Origin: a virus
Taxonomy: Duplodnaviria; Caudoviricetes
Strand: one strand, 5' to 3'
IMG/VR virus record: IMGVR_UViG_3300028920_000078
Span: 1 to 58,532 of that record
DNA length: 58,532 nt
Part shown: positions 18,259-27,500 of the stretch, in pieces
Position numbering within the stretch: position 1 is the first letter of the stretch
How the letters are laid out: every line of letters starts with the position of its first letter
Position numbers and translations under genes: made by a program
Notes under the pieces: model-generated
The model's database searches: none
The model's input: only the letters and a program-made list of their open reading frames with translations
What the model was told of the DNA's origin: nothing

Positions 18259-18517
18259 AATGAAAGGCAAAATTACCTTTTATGGTGGCGCTCTGACTAT
18301 GGATCAGGAACTATTTGAGCGCCTCATAAGAATAAGAGATTAGCGATTTTTGGAGCGATTGTAAAGGCCACCTTGAGTGTGAATAAATCACATTAAAACA
18401 GACACACCCGCTCCTAATTATATTCTCATAATACCGCGCATTATATTCCAAATCTATGGCGCATGAAATTAAGACAGAAAGGCGCGGTCACAATTAGAAA
18501 CTTGGGTTCAAAAACCT

Positions 18518-19082
18518 CAGTTTTAATTAGTTTTACGCTAGATTCACAGTTTACACGGCTGTTTTTATGCGGGCGAAATCGTGTGAAAATTAGCCGCTTG
18601 CTATCGGTTTTATAGATTTACTGTTTACACGGCGCGACAACCGCGCTTGCTACTGTATTTTAGTTTTCACGGTTTTTAGTACCCCCATTTTTACAAATTT
18701 AAATTTTTGGATATTTAAGGGTGTATATGGAACGATGGAGAGCCTGGCGCATATATGTCATTACATATTTATATATATAACAATTAGAGTTTGGATAGTT
18801 ATACGACTATTGTTGATTAGTTTAACCAATTAATTATTATTATATATCAAGATATACAACTAAATAACTGAATCAGGCTATCCATTAACCTTTATCCTTT
18901 ATTCTGTATCTCTAAATCTATATGTTAAAATGACGCTGTTAAAAACCATTAAAACTAAAAAACAGCAACAAGCGAGGCTATGAGGCCATTAAAACTGTAA
19001 AACTACAAAACCCGCAATAAGCGGCGCAATTCCCGGCTTTTCCTCGTGCATAACAACAGCCATTAAAACTGTAAAACTGCCA
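18518..19082. other. Putative replication origin: inverted arms and iterons around an AT-rich core
   Basis: 18644-18678 vs 18940-18974 inverted repeat (30/35 by hand); CCATTAAAACT x3; GTTTACACGGC x2; AT-rich centre; non-coding. Confidence 0.6.
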
Positions 19083-19083
19083 T

Positions 19084-19098
19084 AAAGCTTTTAAATAC
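19084..19098 (+). promoter_or_regulatory. BRE/TATA promoter (leaderless transcript likely)
   Basis: AAAGCTTTTAAATAC about 27 nt before ATG 19117; no SD. Confidence 0.65.
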
Positions 19099-19116
19099 TG
19101 CCGTTAATACTGTATT

Positions 19117-19419
19117 ATGATAACCAAACTAAAGCGCCAATTGAAGGAACTGAACAAAACAATATCTAAGATTATATTAGACCTCGATGACGACAAAGAA
19201 TTGAACATTATCCTCGAGGTGGTTAGTGCCTACAGAGAAATAAGCGGCACTACACTAACAAACGAACTATTATCAATGAGAAAAACACATCTTTGGAACA
19301 GCGGAATTAACAAAACCCGGCAAATGATCCAAAAAGCGGTAGAATACGGATTAATTACAAAAATGGTTTTGCCGCATAATAGATTTGTTTATAAGGTCAA
19401 GGAGAAATTAAATGTATAA
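19117..19419 (+). CDS. Stand-alone winged helix homologous to the MCM-like C-terminal domain
   Basis: Ungapped hand alignment with the C-terminus of 11908-13167 (W..GIN+T...I...V....I.......NR). Confidence 0.65.
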   Translation: MITKLKRQLKELNKTISKIILDLDDDKELNIILEVVSAYREISGTTLTNELLSMRKTHLWNSGINKTRQMIQKAVEYGLITKMVLPHNRFVYKVKEKLNV

Positions 19420-19615
19420 AACTTTCTTATGCGGTTTGTTGGTAGGCCTGCTATTAGTGGTCGCAATAGCATACATTACAGAATTATCTGCGAAGTCTCA
19501 TCTGACTATAGAAACACAGATGAAATGCGAAAACGGAACCTGCTGTGACTATTATGTTATAGTGGAGCCATGTCATTATACCATACCGCGCGGTTTTGAT
19601 TGTATAGGAGGTTAA
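19412..19615 (+). CDS. Small membrane-anchored Cys-rich protein
   Basis: N-terminal TM; GGAG SD. Confidence 0.5.
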   Translation: MYKTFLCGLLVGLLLVVAIAYITELSAKSHLTIETQMKCENGTCCDYYVIVEPCHYTIPRGFDCIGG

Positions 19616-19617
19616 AC

Positions 19618-19794
19618 ATGAAACCCAAACTAAAGTTGGTGGGCGAAGATTGTAATGCTTTTGCGATTCTCGGCCGTGCCAGAAAAGTAGCAATAAAAAA
19701 TAAGATGGACTGGGACAAAATAAGAAAAGAGGCGACAGAAAAAGATTACAACCATCTACTATTGACCATAGCGAAATACTTTAAGGTTTATTAG
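19618..19794 (+). CDS. Conserved small phage protein
   Basis: L.GED.NAFAILG...A...DY.HLL motif; SD GGAGG. Confidence 0.6.
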   Translation: MKPKLKLVGEDCNAFAILGRARKVAIKNKMDWDKIRKEATEKDYNHLLLTIAKYFKVY

Positions 19795-19969
19795 AGGAGG
19801 GTCTTATGAAAGGATTTATTGTCCGCCTAAACATACAGCGGCAAGCGACCGGTGTGGTTTATGCGAACAGCAAGATAGAAGCAAGAGAAATGGCAATGTA
19901 TCTGCGAAATGTAGAACAACTAGAAACTGAAGAAGAACAAATAACAGACGCAACAGTGGAAGGCGAAGC

Positions 19970-20278
19970 ATGAACACACAAGAAAAAAAGATATTGGTTT
20001 TCATCATCATGTGCTGTTCGATATTATTGATATACCCGATGGTGCACGAAGACATACATATGCAGATATATAAACATTATAAAATACCTGCGAAGGTGGT
20101 GGTGGAGTTGCCATTCACAATATATACACAAGCTGACATAACGAATGTGTCACTTGAAGATTACAACGAAGCGCGAAGATTAAATATGCAGGCAGAAATT
20201 GTTGGTTACAACATTGGATGGCTGGGCCTGTTAATCTTCGCTGTCGGTATGACGAAAGTAATCATGAGTGAGGAATAA
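19970..20278 (+). CDS. Membrane protein
   Basis: N- and C-terminal TM segments. Confidence 0.5.
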   Translation: MNTQEKKILVFIIMCCSILLIYPMVHEDIHMQIYKHYKIPAKVVVELPFTIYTQADITNVSLEDYNEARRLNMQAEIVGYNIGWLGLLIFAVGMTKVIMSEE

Positions 20279-20442
20279 AATGAAAAAATTAAAGATATGC
20301 TATTATCTGCTCCTCATAAAGAAGAACCACATTTCATGGTGGCTATACGACAATGTACTGGTTAATCTTTATAAGACAATGGATAAAATGGATGAAATGT
20401 ATTGGAATATCTTTATAAGAGTATTCCTAAGGAGAGAATAAT

Positions 20443-20865
20443 ATGAGAATAAAATTAGTATCAGCCGGTTATGTGATATTACAGAAGGGAAAGAAAGGAA
20501 TCAAGTTCTTTCCGATAAAAGATGGTAAGATTGAATATGAAAATCCTCTTTATTTCTCGGCCAGAGGAAATTACTATCCTGTTGGTCAGGTAGTAAGTGT
20601 GAACCAAATAAATGAAAGAAGTTTCAGGAATTGGAAACTGGAAAATGATTCTTGTGACATTATTCCCGAAGAATCTCTTGAACGATACAAAGTAGAAAGC
20701 GAGCTGAATCGAGAAGAATGTAACATAATGATGCTTCAAAGAAGGGCAGCCAGAATGGAAAAAGATTTCGGAAAAATGACAATAAAAGAGATAAAAGAGT
20801 TCATCCGGAAACACCCACACAAAAGGCATGAGGTTGTCTATTATATTATGAAGAGGTTATATTAA
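20443..20865 (+). CDS. Hypothetical protein
   Basis: SD AGGAG; strand-consistent. Confidence 0.55.
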   Translation: MRIKLVSAGYVILQKGKKGIKFFPIKDGKIEYENPLYFSARGNYYPVGQVVSVNQINERSFRNWKLENDSCDIIPEESLERYKVESELNREECNIMMLQRRAARMEKDFGKMTIKEIKEFIRKHPHKRHEVVYYIMKRLY

Positions 20866-21166
20866 GGAGGTAATTATGGAAGTATATACTCTAAAGGCTT
20901 CGGACATTGTGTCCGGACAAGACTTTATAAAAGAAACCAGACAACTAATAAAACAAAGGAGGTTGGCGGAAGCATCAAGAAATTTAACCAAGATTAATGA
21001 TATTTTCTTGGACGCCAAAAGAATATGAGAATACCAAGACAACTAGATAAGAAATTTAGAAAGGCTTCGAGATGCGTGATATGTGGTCAGCCCACGAAGT
21101 ATCACCATCTTTATTGTCCTAAACATCATCCGAAACATAAAAGGAAATTTAAAAGGAGGTAAGAAA

Positions 21167-21430
21167 ATGACAGAAAGAGTCAGTAAAAGAGGATTGCCGA
21201 TGGTATTTAGCGTCAGAAGAATAGAGCAGATGGATATCTCGGAACTAGATAGAGAGGAGAAAATAAAAGAATACAACAAAATAGCGAACGACGATAACAA
21301 GGATTGTTCGTTCGACAATGAATTTATCCATGAATCCAGCAATATAATAGTAAGACATGGAGAATGGATAGAAGTAGATCCAAAGGAGGAGAAAGAATGG
21401 ATGAGCAAGAAACTTACTCAAGACAATTAG
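21167..21430 (+). CDS. Hypothetical acidic protein
   Basis: AGGAGGT SD; start corrected from 21083. Confidence 0.55.
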   Translation: MTERVSKRGLPMVFSVRRIEQMDISELDREEKIKEYNKIANDDNKDCSFDNEFIHESSNIIVRHGEWIEVDPKEEKEWMSKKLTQDN

Positions 21431-21673
21431 CCTCGGCGGCTAGAGGAAGGGCGATCCATGCGACAATAGCACTAAAAGGTATGTCGCAGGAAGAGATAGA
21501 TTTAGGAATTGCCAAACTATCTAAAATCGCCCTGAAAAAGAATTGGAATAAGCGACCAGAGATATTCAGACAGATTTGTCCTATATGTGAAAATCTGGTC
21601 AAACATGACAGACAGCCGATAATTTATGGAGTGCATAACGACTGCCTGTTAAAAATAATAAGGGAAGAACAAA

Positions 21674-21913
21674 ATGAGACAAGAGACAGGTGATCCGGAA
21701 CCGATATGTAGTGTGATAACACACCTTAGAGATATCAAAGAAGAAAAAATCCCGGTTGTTTGCGGAGAGAAAACTTCTTGGTATTGTGACGAGTGTGGAC
21801 AAGGGTGTTGTCATGACCATTTCGTGACTATGGGTGGAGGAAGAAGAATAATATGTAAAGAATGTCTACCTAATTTAATCAAGAAGTCACAAGAAAGACT
21901 TGAAAGTATATAA
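21674..21913 (+). CDS. Zn-finger protein
   Basis: C..C...CC.DH...CKEC. Confidence 0.55.
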   Translation: MRQETGDPEPICSVITHLRDIKEEKIPVVCGEKTSWYCDECGQGCCHDHFVTMGGGRRIICKECLPNLIKKSQERLESI

Positions 21914-22408
21914 GGAGGGATAATATGTTGACAAACAGATGTATTAAGATGGTAATACTGAAGTTTGCGAAACGAGAATCAGAAAGGCGCCTTCGTGTAT
22001 TGAAAAAATATAAGGTTGCGCCTTTGGTGAATGGAAATATTCCAAAAGGGAGGAATGAGGTAATATGTTAGAATTTATTATAATGGTAATTGAACTTTCC
22101 ATTATAATAACCTTCTTTTTGTGGTTAAGAAGAAAGATAAGACAAGAACTAGAAAAATTCAAGTGGTGGTGTTATAGATACGAGAAGAGAACAAAACCTC
22201 TATTTGAAAAATATAAGAAGTTTATGGAGGACTAAATGCAAAAATTTAATTGCACGGTTTGTGGGGCAAGATTTAGAATACAAAGACAAAATATATCAAT
22301 AAAGTATTGTCCATTCTGTCGTGCAACAAACTTGGAGGAGGAGAAATAGTCGTATAAAATCAAAAGTTTATCTAACAAAAACCAAGCTAAACACCGTCTT
22401 AATAGGAT

Positions 22409-22423
22409 AAGCTTTTTAAAGTA
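22409..22423 (+). promoter_or_regulatory. BRE/TATA promoter
   Basis: AAGCTTTTTAAAGTA in an intergenic gap. Confidence 0.6.
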
Positions 22424-22705
22424 TACTACTAACTATAAGCATCCGAGAAGTATTATGCCAGAAAGGAGATGGAAAAGTTGTTAAGGACTATGGAAGAATG
22501 CGAGAAAATGCCGGAGTGGCAACATAGATGGAAATCTGTTATTATAAAAGATATGTATCCTCAAGAAGAAAGAGAAAAATGTTTAGAATGTAAACAGACA
22601 TTCGGTAGTAGGGTACCACATTTCCCATGCGATTGGGTTCATGGTGATGTAGCGGCATCTAGTGATGCAACTACGTCCAATAAAATAAAAGGAGAGGTGA
22701 ATGAA

Positions 22706-23047
22706 ATGCCAATATCAGAAAAAGAATTCCAGGACCTCGCAGGAAAGCCCAAGGGCGGTTTTGGGGCAGACCCCAACAGCCTATCACAGAGGACTTTCCG
22801 AGCCTTGCCAACCGAAGGTGGCGTAACAGCAGACGAAGTAATAGAGACAGTAGGAGAAGACGCAAAGAAAGTGAAGAACGCTCTGAATGCTCTCTGTTAT
22901 GACGGAAAGATAAAGAAGGTCGTGAAGAAATACGATGAGAACGGAGAGGCCTACTACAAGCAGAATCCGGAATACGTCCAGAAGCAGGAAGGCAGCGGTG
23001 CTGAGGAAGAGACTGCATCCGAAGAGGATGTTGATGCTGAGGAATAA
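22706..23047 (+). CDS. wHTH-like DNA-binding protein, paralog 2, with acidic tail
   Basis: GAGGTGA SD before MPISEKEF; frame is open upstream to 22469. Confidence 0.7.
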   Translation: MPISEKEFQDLAGKPKGGFGADPNSLSQRTFRALPTEGGVTADEVIETVGEDAKKVKNALNALCYDGKIKKVVKKYDENGEAYYKQNPEYVQKQEGSGAEEETASEEDVDAEE

Positions 23048-23065
23048 GTCCTCAGAAACCTAACA

Positions 23066-23380
23066 GGTTCGGCGGGCCTTGTAAGCCCCCGAACTCATAC
23101 CCACGAGAATACACAATCCCCGGTTAGTGGTGGCTCGAAACCCCACTAACCCATTGGCTTCCGAAGTCCGGAATACTTGAACCACCAAGTTGCGTGAGAA
23201 GCCGAATAGGGAACGGAATGTGGTCGACTGCTGGTAACAGCAACTTGTTCTATTCCCATAACTATATGGAATGATGGATATGTTTTATAGAAAGGATAAG
23301 AAAAGTTCGTTTGTTGAACAATACTGGAGTTTTTTAAATAGGGTATATTATAAGCAACAACACCAGTCCTGTTCAACAGG
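23066..23380 (+). ncRNA. Hairpin array containing tRNA-like modules
   Basis: Five consecutive stems; GGCCTTGTAAGCC anticodon-arm mimic; GGTTAGTGG.GG-CTCGAAA-CCCCACTAAC-CCA minihelix; GTAA tetraloop. Confidence 0.55.
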
Positions 23381-24729
23381 TTCTCCATTCATGCTTCATA
23401 TTTTAAAGAAAGGCATGATTTCAGCTCGAAAAAATTTAAACATACAAATACACACAAAACTTAATACCGTTTCAAAATCACGCCAAATAATGCAAATTCC
23501 AACGGAAGAAAAATCGCAGTCAAACGCATTTAACAACATGAGGAAGGAGATACAAAATGGCTAATGCAGGAGCTGTTGCCGCTGTTGCTGGTGGCACCCT
23601 CTTAATACAAAGAGGACATGAGATTAATGAAAGTGTAAGGAAAGTTACTATTGATGAAGAAATGCCATTAATTTTCTTATTGATTCTGTTGTTTATAGGG
23701 ATTATGATTGTCTTAATTGCAAAACTGATATTATCAAGAAAAAAGGAGGCGGTCTGAATGAAGAAGATTATAGAATATCAGTTGAATCATGAAGACAAGA
23801 ACGGAGATATACAAGACTGTGACCATCGTGAAACCTTAGAAGAAGCACTAAAAGAATTTGAATCAAACAATTATTGGACTTCAATAGAAAAAGTTACAGA
23901 CTACTGGGAAGGAGACGACCTTAAATATAGATTTCATGAAACAGTAAGAAATAAGGAGGTGGAAGGAAATGAAAAGAGAAAAAGCAGAACACGAAATGAA
24001 CTTCCATAGGTATATGTCAGAGTGGCACAAACAGAAAATGTACGAGTGCAAGGACAGGCTGAAGATGCTCAGAAACGAGAAGGAAGACGTAGAGGTGATG
24101 GAATGATTAGAAAACCGACAAAAAAAGAATTGTCCACAGATGAAACAATAAGCAGTTTACTATCTGAAATCAAAGGCGATTTAGTCTGGTGGAGGTTGCC
24201 TGAATGAACTACAGAAACAAGCAGATAGACAAGTTAAAACCACAAGTCAAACACCCAAAGCAGGAAACGTACAGAAGGCATTACCTGTATAACGTATATC
24301 GTCATGGGGGGAAGAAGTAATGAAGCCAAAAAACTTGAAGGATTTGAAAAAGTATTTGCTAGAATTCAAAATGCCTGTAGATATGGTCACAGGAATTGTT
24401 CATACATTTGATGAAACAGATTCCCTCATAAAGGACAGGATAAAGGAACTGGAGAAGGAAATGAACGACCTATTCATGGATGGAAACATAATTACTATGG
24501 GAGAAACGAGACTGTTCCGATTCTTAAAGGCACATGCGGTAATCAAAGAACTAAAAAGACTTTTAGGAGATGAATAGATGACTGAATTAAGCTGTAACAA
24601 ATGCATGACGTTCTACAGCGTCAAAAAAGACCGAAAAGGGAACAGTTCAGACTTACCTATATATTGTCCCTATTGTGGTGAGAAAGTGGCTACAATACAC
24701 AATAATTACTTCAAGAAGAGGTTAGAGCC

Positions 24730-25665
24730 ATGATTGAAGTAATGTTGGCTAAAAGAGCGGAGAAAGATTGTCCGGAATTAGATAGTAAGGAATGGGTGGC
24801 AGAGAGAAAATTCGACGGCACAAGAGCCATAATGATGAAACTCGGTAGAGAAATAGAATTCTGGACGAGAAGCTGGAAAACAGAATTAAGTCAAAGTTAT
24901 CCTGATATAATAATGGAAGCACATAAAAGTCTAGATATATCAGGTTCTTTCATTATTGACGGAGAAATTGTCGCTTATGATAAAAAAGGAAATGAGAAAT
25001 TTATTACAGCCAGAATGACACCAGAAACAAGGCAGAACTATAAGATAGTCTATCACGTTTTTGATATTATATTACTAAACGGTGAATATATAACAAAACT
25101 ACCTTATCTACGAAGAAAAGAGATGTTGATAAAATTAATAGAAAAAAATGAAATAATAAAGACTACGAAGATATGGCAAAACAAAAGAAAATTATTGCAG
25201 GAAGTGAATTCTGCAGGTGGAGAAGGAATCATACTCAAACATAGAGATTCCGTTTATGAAATAGGTAAGAGAAGTAAATATTGGCTTAAGGTAAAGAATG
25301 AAAAGACAGCCGACTTAATTGTGAAAAGATGGCTTCCTCCCTCGGAAGATTTGAAAACTGATAAAAGGAAAGGAAAGTTTGGAGCATTGGTATGCTATCA
25401 ATACGATAAAGAAGGAATACTATTAGAAGTCTGTAATGTAGGCGGAGGATTTACAGATGCAGACTTAAAGATGATAACTGATAAATATCTTCTACCAGGA
25501 GGAAAAGTAAAAGAAGAATTCATTATTGAAGCAAAATATTTGAATATAACAGAAGATGGTCATTATAGAATGCCTACCTTTATGAGATTGAGAGATGATA
25601 AACTTCCAAGACATTGTATTATGGAAAGAGATATCAAGAGAGGAGGATTGGAAAAATGGTTTTAA
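24730..25665 (+). CDS. lig: ATP-dependent DNA ligase
   Basis: ERKFDGTR, IIDGEI, VFDII, EGIILK, WLKVK, VGGGF, R.P.F.RLR.DK. Confidence 0.92.
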   Translation: MIEVMLAKRAEKDCPELDSKEWVAERKFDGTRAIMMKLGREIEFWTRSWKTELSQSYPDIIMEAHKSLDISGSFIIDGEIVAYDKKGNEKFITARMTPETRQNYKIVYHVFDIILLNGEYITKLPYLRRKEMLIKLIEKNEIIKTTKIWQNKRKLLQEVNSAGGEGIILKHRDSVYEIGKRSKYWLKVKNEKTADLIVKRWLPPSEDLKTDKRKGKFGALVCYQYDKEGILLEVCNVGGGFTDADLKMITDKYLLPGGKVKEEFIIEAKYLNITEDGHYRMPTFMRLRDDKLPRHCIMERDIKRGGLEKWF

Positions 25666-26092
25666 ATATATTTAGAAGAAAGAAAGAACCAAGCGAACAG
25701 GAAGTGATAACATATAAGATGTTATTATTAATAGAGAAGTTCATTAAATTGATAGAGACAATGGAGCAACAACAAGAAGAAATAAAAGAAATGATGGAAT
25801 TTAATCAACAGATGGTTGCTTCGATGTCTGCACAAACGGGAGTTAATATGGCTCCAATGGGTGGTTAAATGAAATGTTATTTTTGTGATAAAGAAGCCTG
25901 TTGCAAGGTAGGAAACAGTAAAGGAAATATACTCAGAGCCCTATTAGGTGGAAAGTGTTGGGAGAAGACAGAATGGTATCTTTGTAATAGGTGTCACGAA
26001 ATTTATAAAAGAATAAGATCCCGTACAAACAACTTTCATAAAATAGAAGAAGATTTGATGTTATTTAGAAATCAAGAATTAAGAAAACATAA

Positions 26093-26214
26093 GCGGATGT
26101 AGCCGACTGGGAAAGGCAACAGGCTTAGGCTGTGAAGGCGGCTAAAGGTTGAAGCTCAAGAACATGAGATACCTGTTCTTAGTGATATTGGAGGTTCAAT
26201 TCCTCCCTTCCGCA
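26093..26214 (+). tRNA. tRNA-Leu(UAG) with 41-nt intron (26130-26170) at canonical position 37/38
   Basis: D arm GCC/GGC, anticodon arm ACAGG-CT-TAG-G|A-CCTGT, long variable arm, GGAGG-TTCAATT-CCTCC; strict BHB (CTTA/TGAG helix, GGC and ATA bulges); one T-T mismatch in the acceptor stem. Confidence 0.85.
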
Positions 26215-26898
26215 TGGAGGTGAAAGCATGACACCAGAAGAATGTGAAGAAAATGGCGGCCTTGGTAAATTCGCAATAGAAATTTGTAAATACTGCACAG
26301 ATTCAAAAGATTGCGAGATAGCAAGAGAAGGATTTGAAAAATTAGAAGAAAAAAGACAAAAGGAAAAAGAAGAGAAAAAGAGACTGGCAATAAAAAGGCT
26401 TGGAGGAAGAGCAATCACAAAGAAAGATTTGATTTGTATGTACTGTCAAAGAAATGCACTGAAATGTAAATGCAAGAACAAATCAGAAGCTAGATTCAAT
26501 TTGAGATTAAGAAATGAGACGAGGAAGTTTTTCTAATGGGCAGCAGATATTGGATTACAGGGGCACAGCTTGGTATTCTCCAAGAAATGACAAAGGAAAA
26601 AAGAGAAAAGTTAATAGAAGAAATTATAGATAATCAATTTATAGGAAATGTTAGTACATATGAAGAAAGATTGGAATTCAAAAAAGCTGTCCAATCATTA
26701 GAAGGAAATATCAAAATATTTCTAGCAGTTAGAAGAATGAAAGAAAAAGAAATTTTGAGGGATTAAGATGCCAATATGGTATTGTAGATGTTGCAATAAA
26801 AATTTCATTGCGGCAAATTGGGTAAAGTCATGGAAGGTAAGGTGTCCTCATTGTAAGAGTAATGAAAGTATAGAATTAAAAGGAGAGATGAAGAAAAG

Positions 26899-27318
26899 AT
26901 GGTAGAGCCGAAAGTAAATCAGAGAAAGAGAATATATTCATGGACAGAATTTGATATTGATATTAAGAAATTAGCTGAGAAAATCAAGAAAAAGTATCCT
27001 AACCTAACTCATGTCTATGGAATAGGGAGGGGTGGACAAGTCGCCGCGGTAGCGATTAGTCATCTATTGGATTTAATTTATACACATGATAAAGATTTAT
27101 GTTATAGATTTTCTAATGTAATGAAAGATGCAGAGGATAGTATGATAATAGTTGACGATATATGTGATAGCGGATCTACAATGTGTCTATTTGGGCATAG
27201 AAAAACCGCGACCCTCTTATTAAGAAGAGGAAGTTTACATAAACCAAAGATTCATGTTAAATTAATCAAGAACGACGATTGGATAATCTTTCCGTGGGAA
27301 TATGATGAGACCTTGTAA
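26899..27318 (+). CDS. Type I purine phosphoribosyltransferase (Gpt-like)
   Basis: YGIGRGG, IIVDDICDSGST PRPP-binding loop, WIIFPWE. Confidence 0.85.
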   Translation: MVEPKVNQRKRIYSWTEFDIDIKKLAEKIKKKYPNLTHVYGIGRGGQVAAVAISHLLDLIYTHDKDLCYRFSNVMKDAEDSMIIVDDICDSGSTMCLFGHRKTATLLLRRGSLHKPKIHVKLIKNDDWIIFPWEYDETL

Positions 27319-27500
27319 GTTTAACAGATATCATATGTGTAACACTCCGTGTGGATCAGAGATAACTGCGCCTCCGCATTGGTGTAAAGGATGGAAGAAT
27401 ATGGATGTTACTAAAAAGCAGTATGAAGAAAGGGGCTACAAGAAAATATATGACAAAATGAAAATTGGAAAAGGCAAAGACTTGACAGGAGCAAAGTAGT

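Noticed and set aside
18280-18331. Hairpin GGCGCTC/GAGCGCC as a third BHB element
   Set aside because: The stem is real but no two-bulge geometry could be drawn, and it lies within a small SD-led ORF
23066-23153. Canonical tRNA-Thr gene
   Set aside because: No D arm, and the acceptor-like stem is self-contained in one hairpin, so no cloverleaf forms; reported as a mimic instead
23146-23564. ORFs 23146-23388 (-) and 23271-23564 (+)
   Set aside because: Overlap the structured RNA and an A-tract region; no SD; atypical composition
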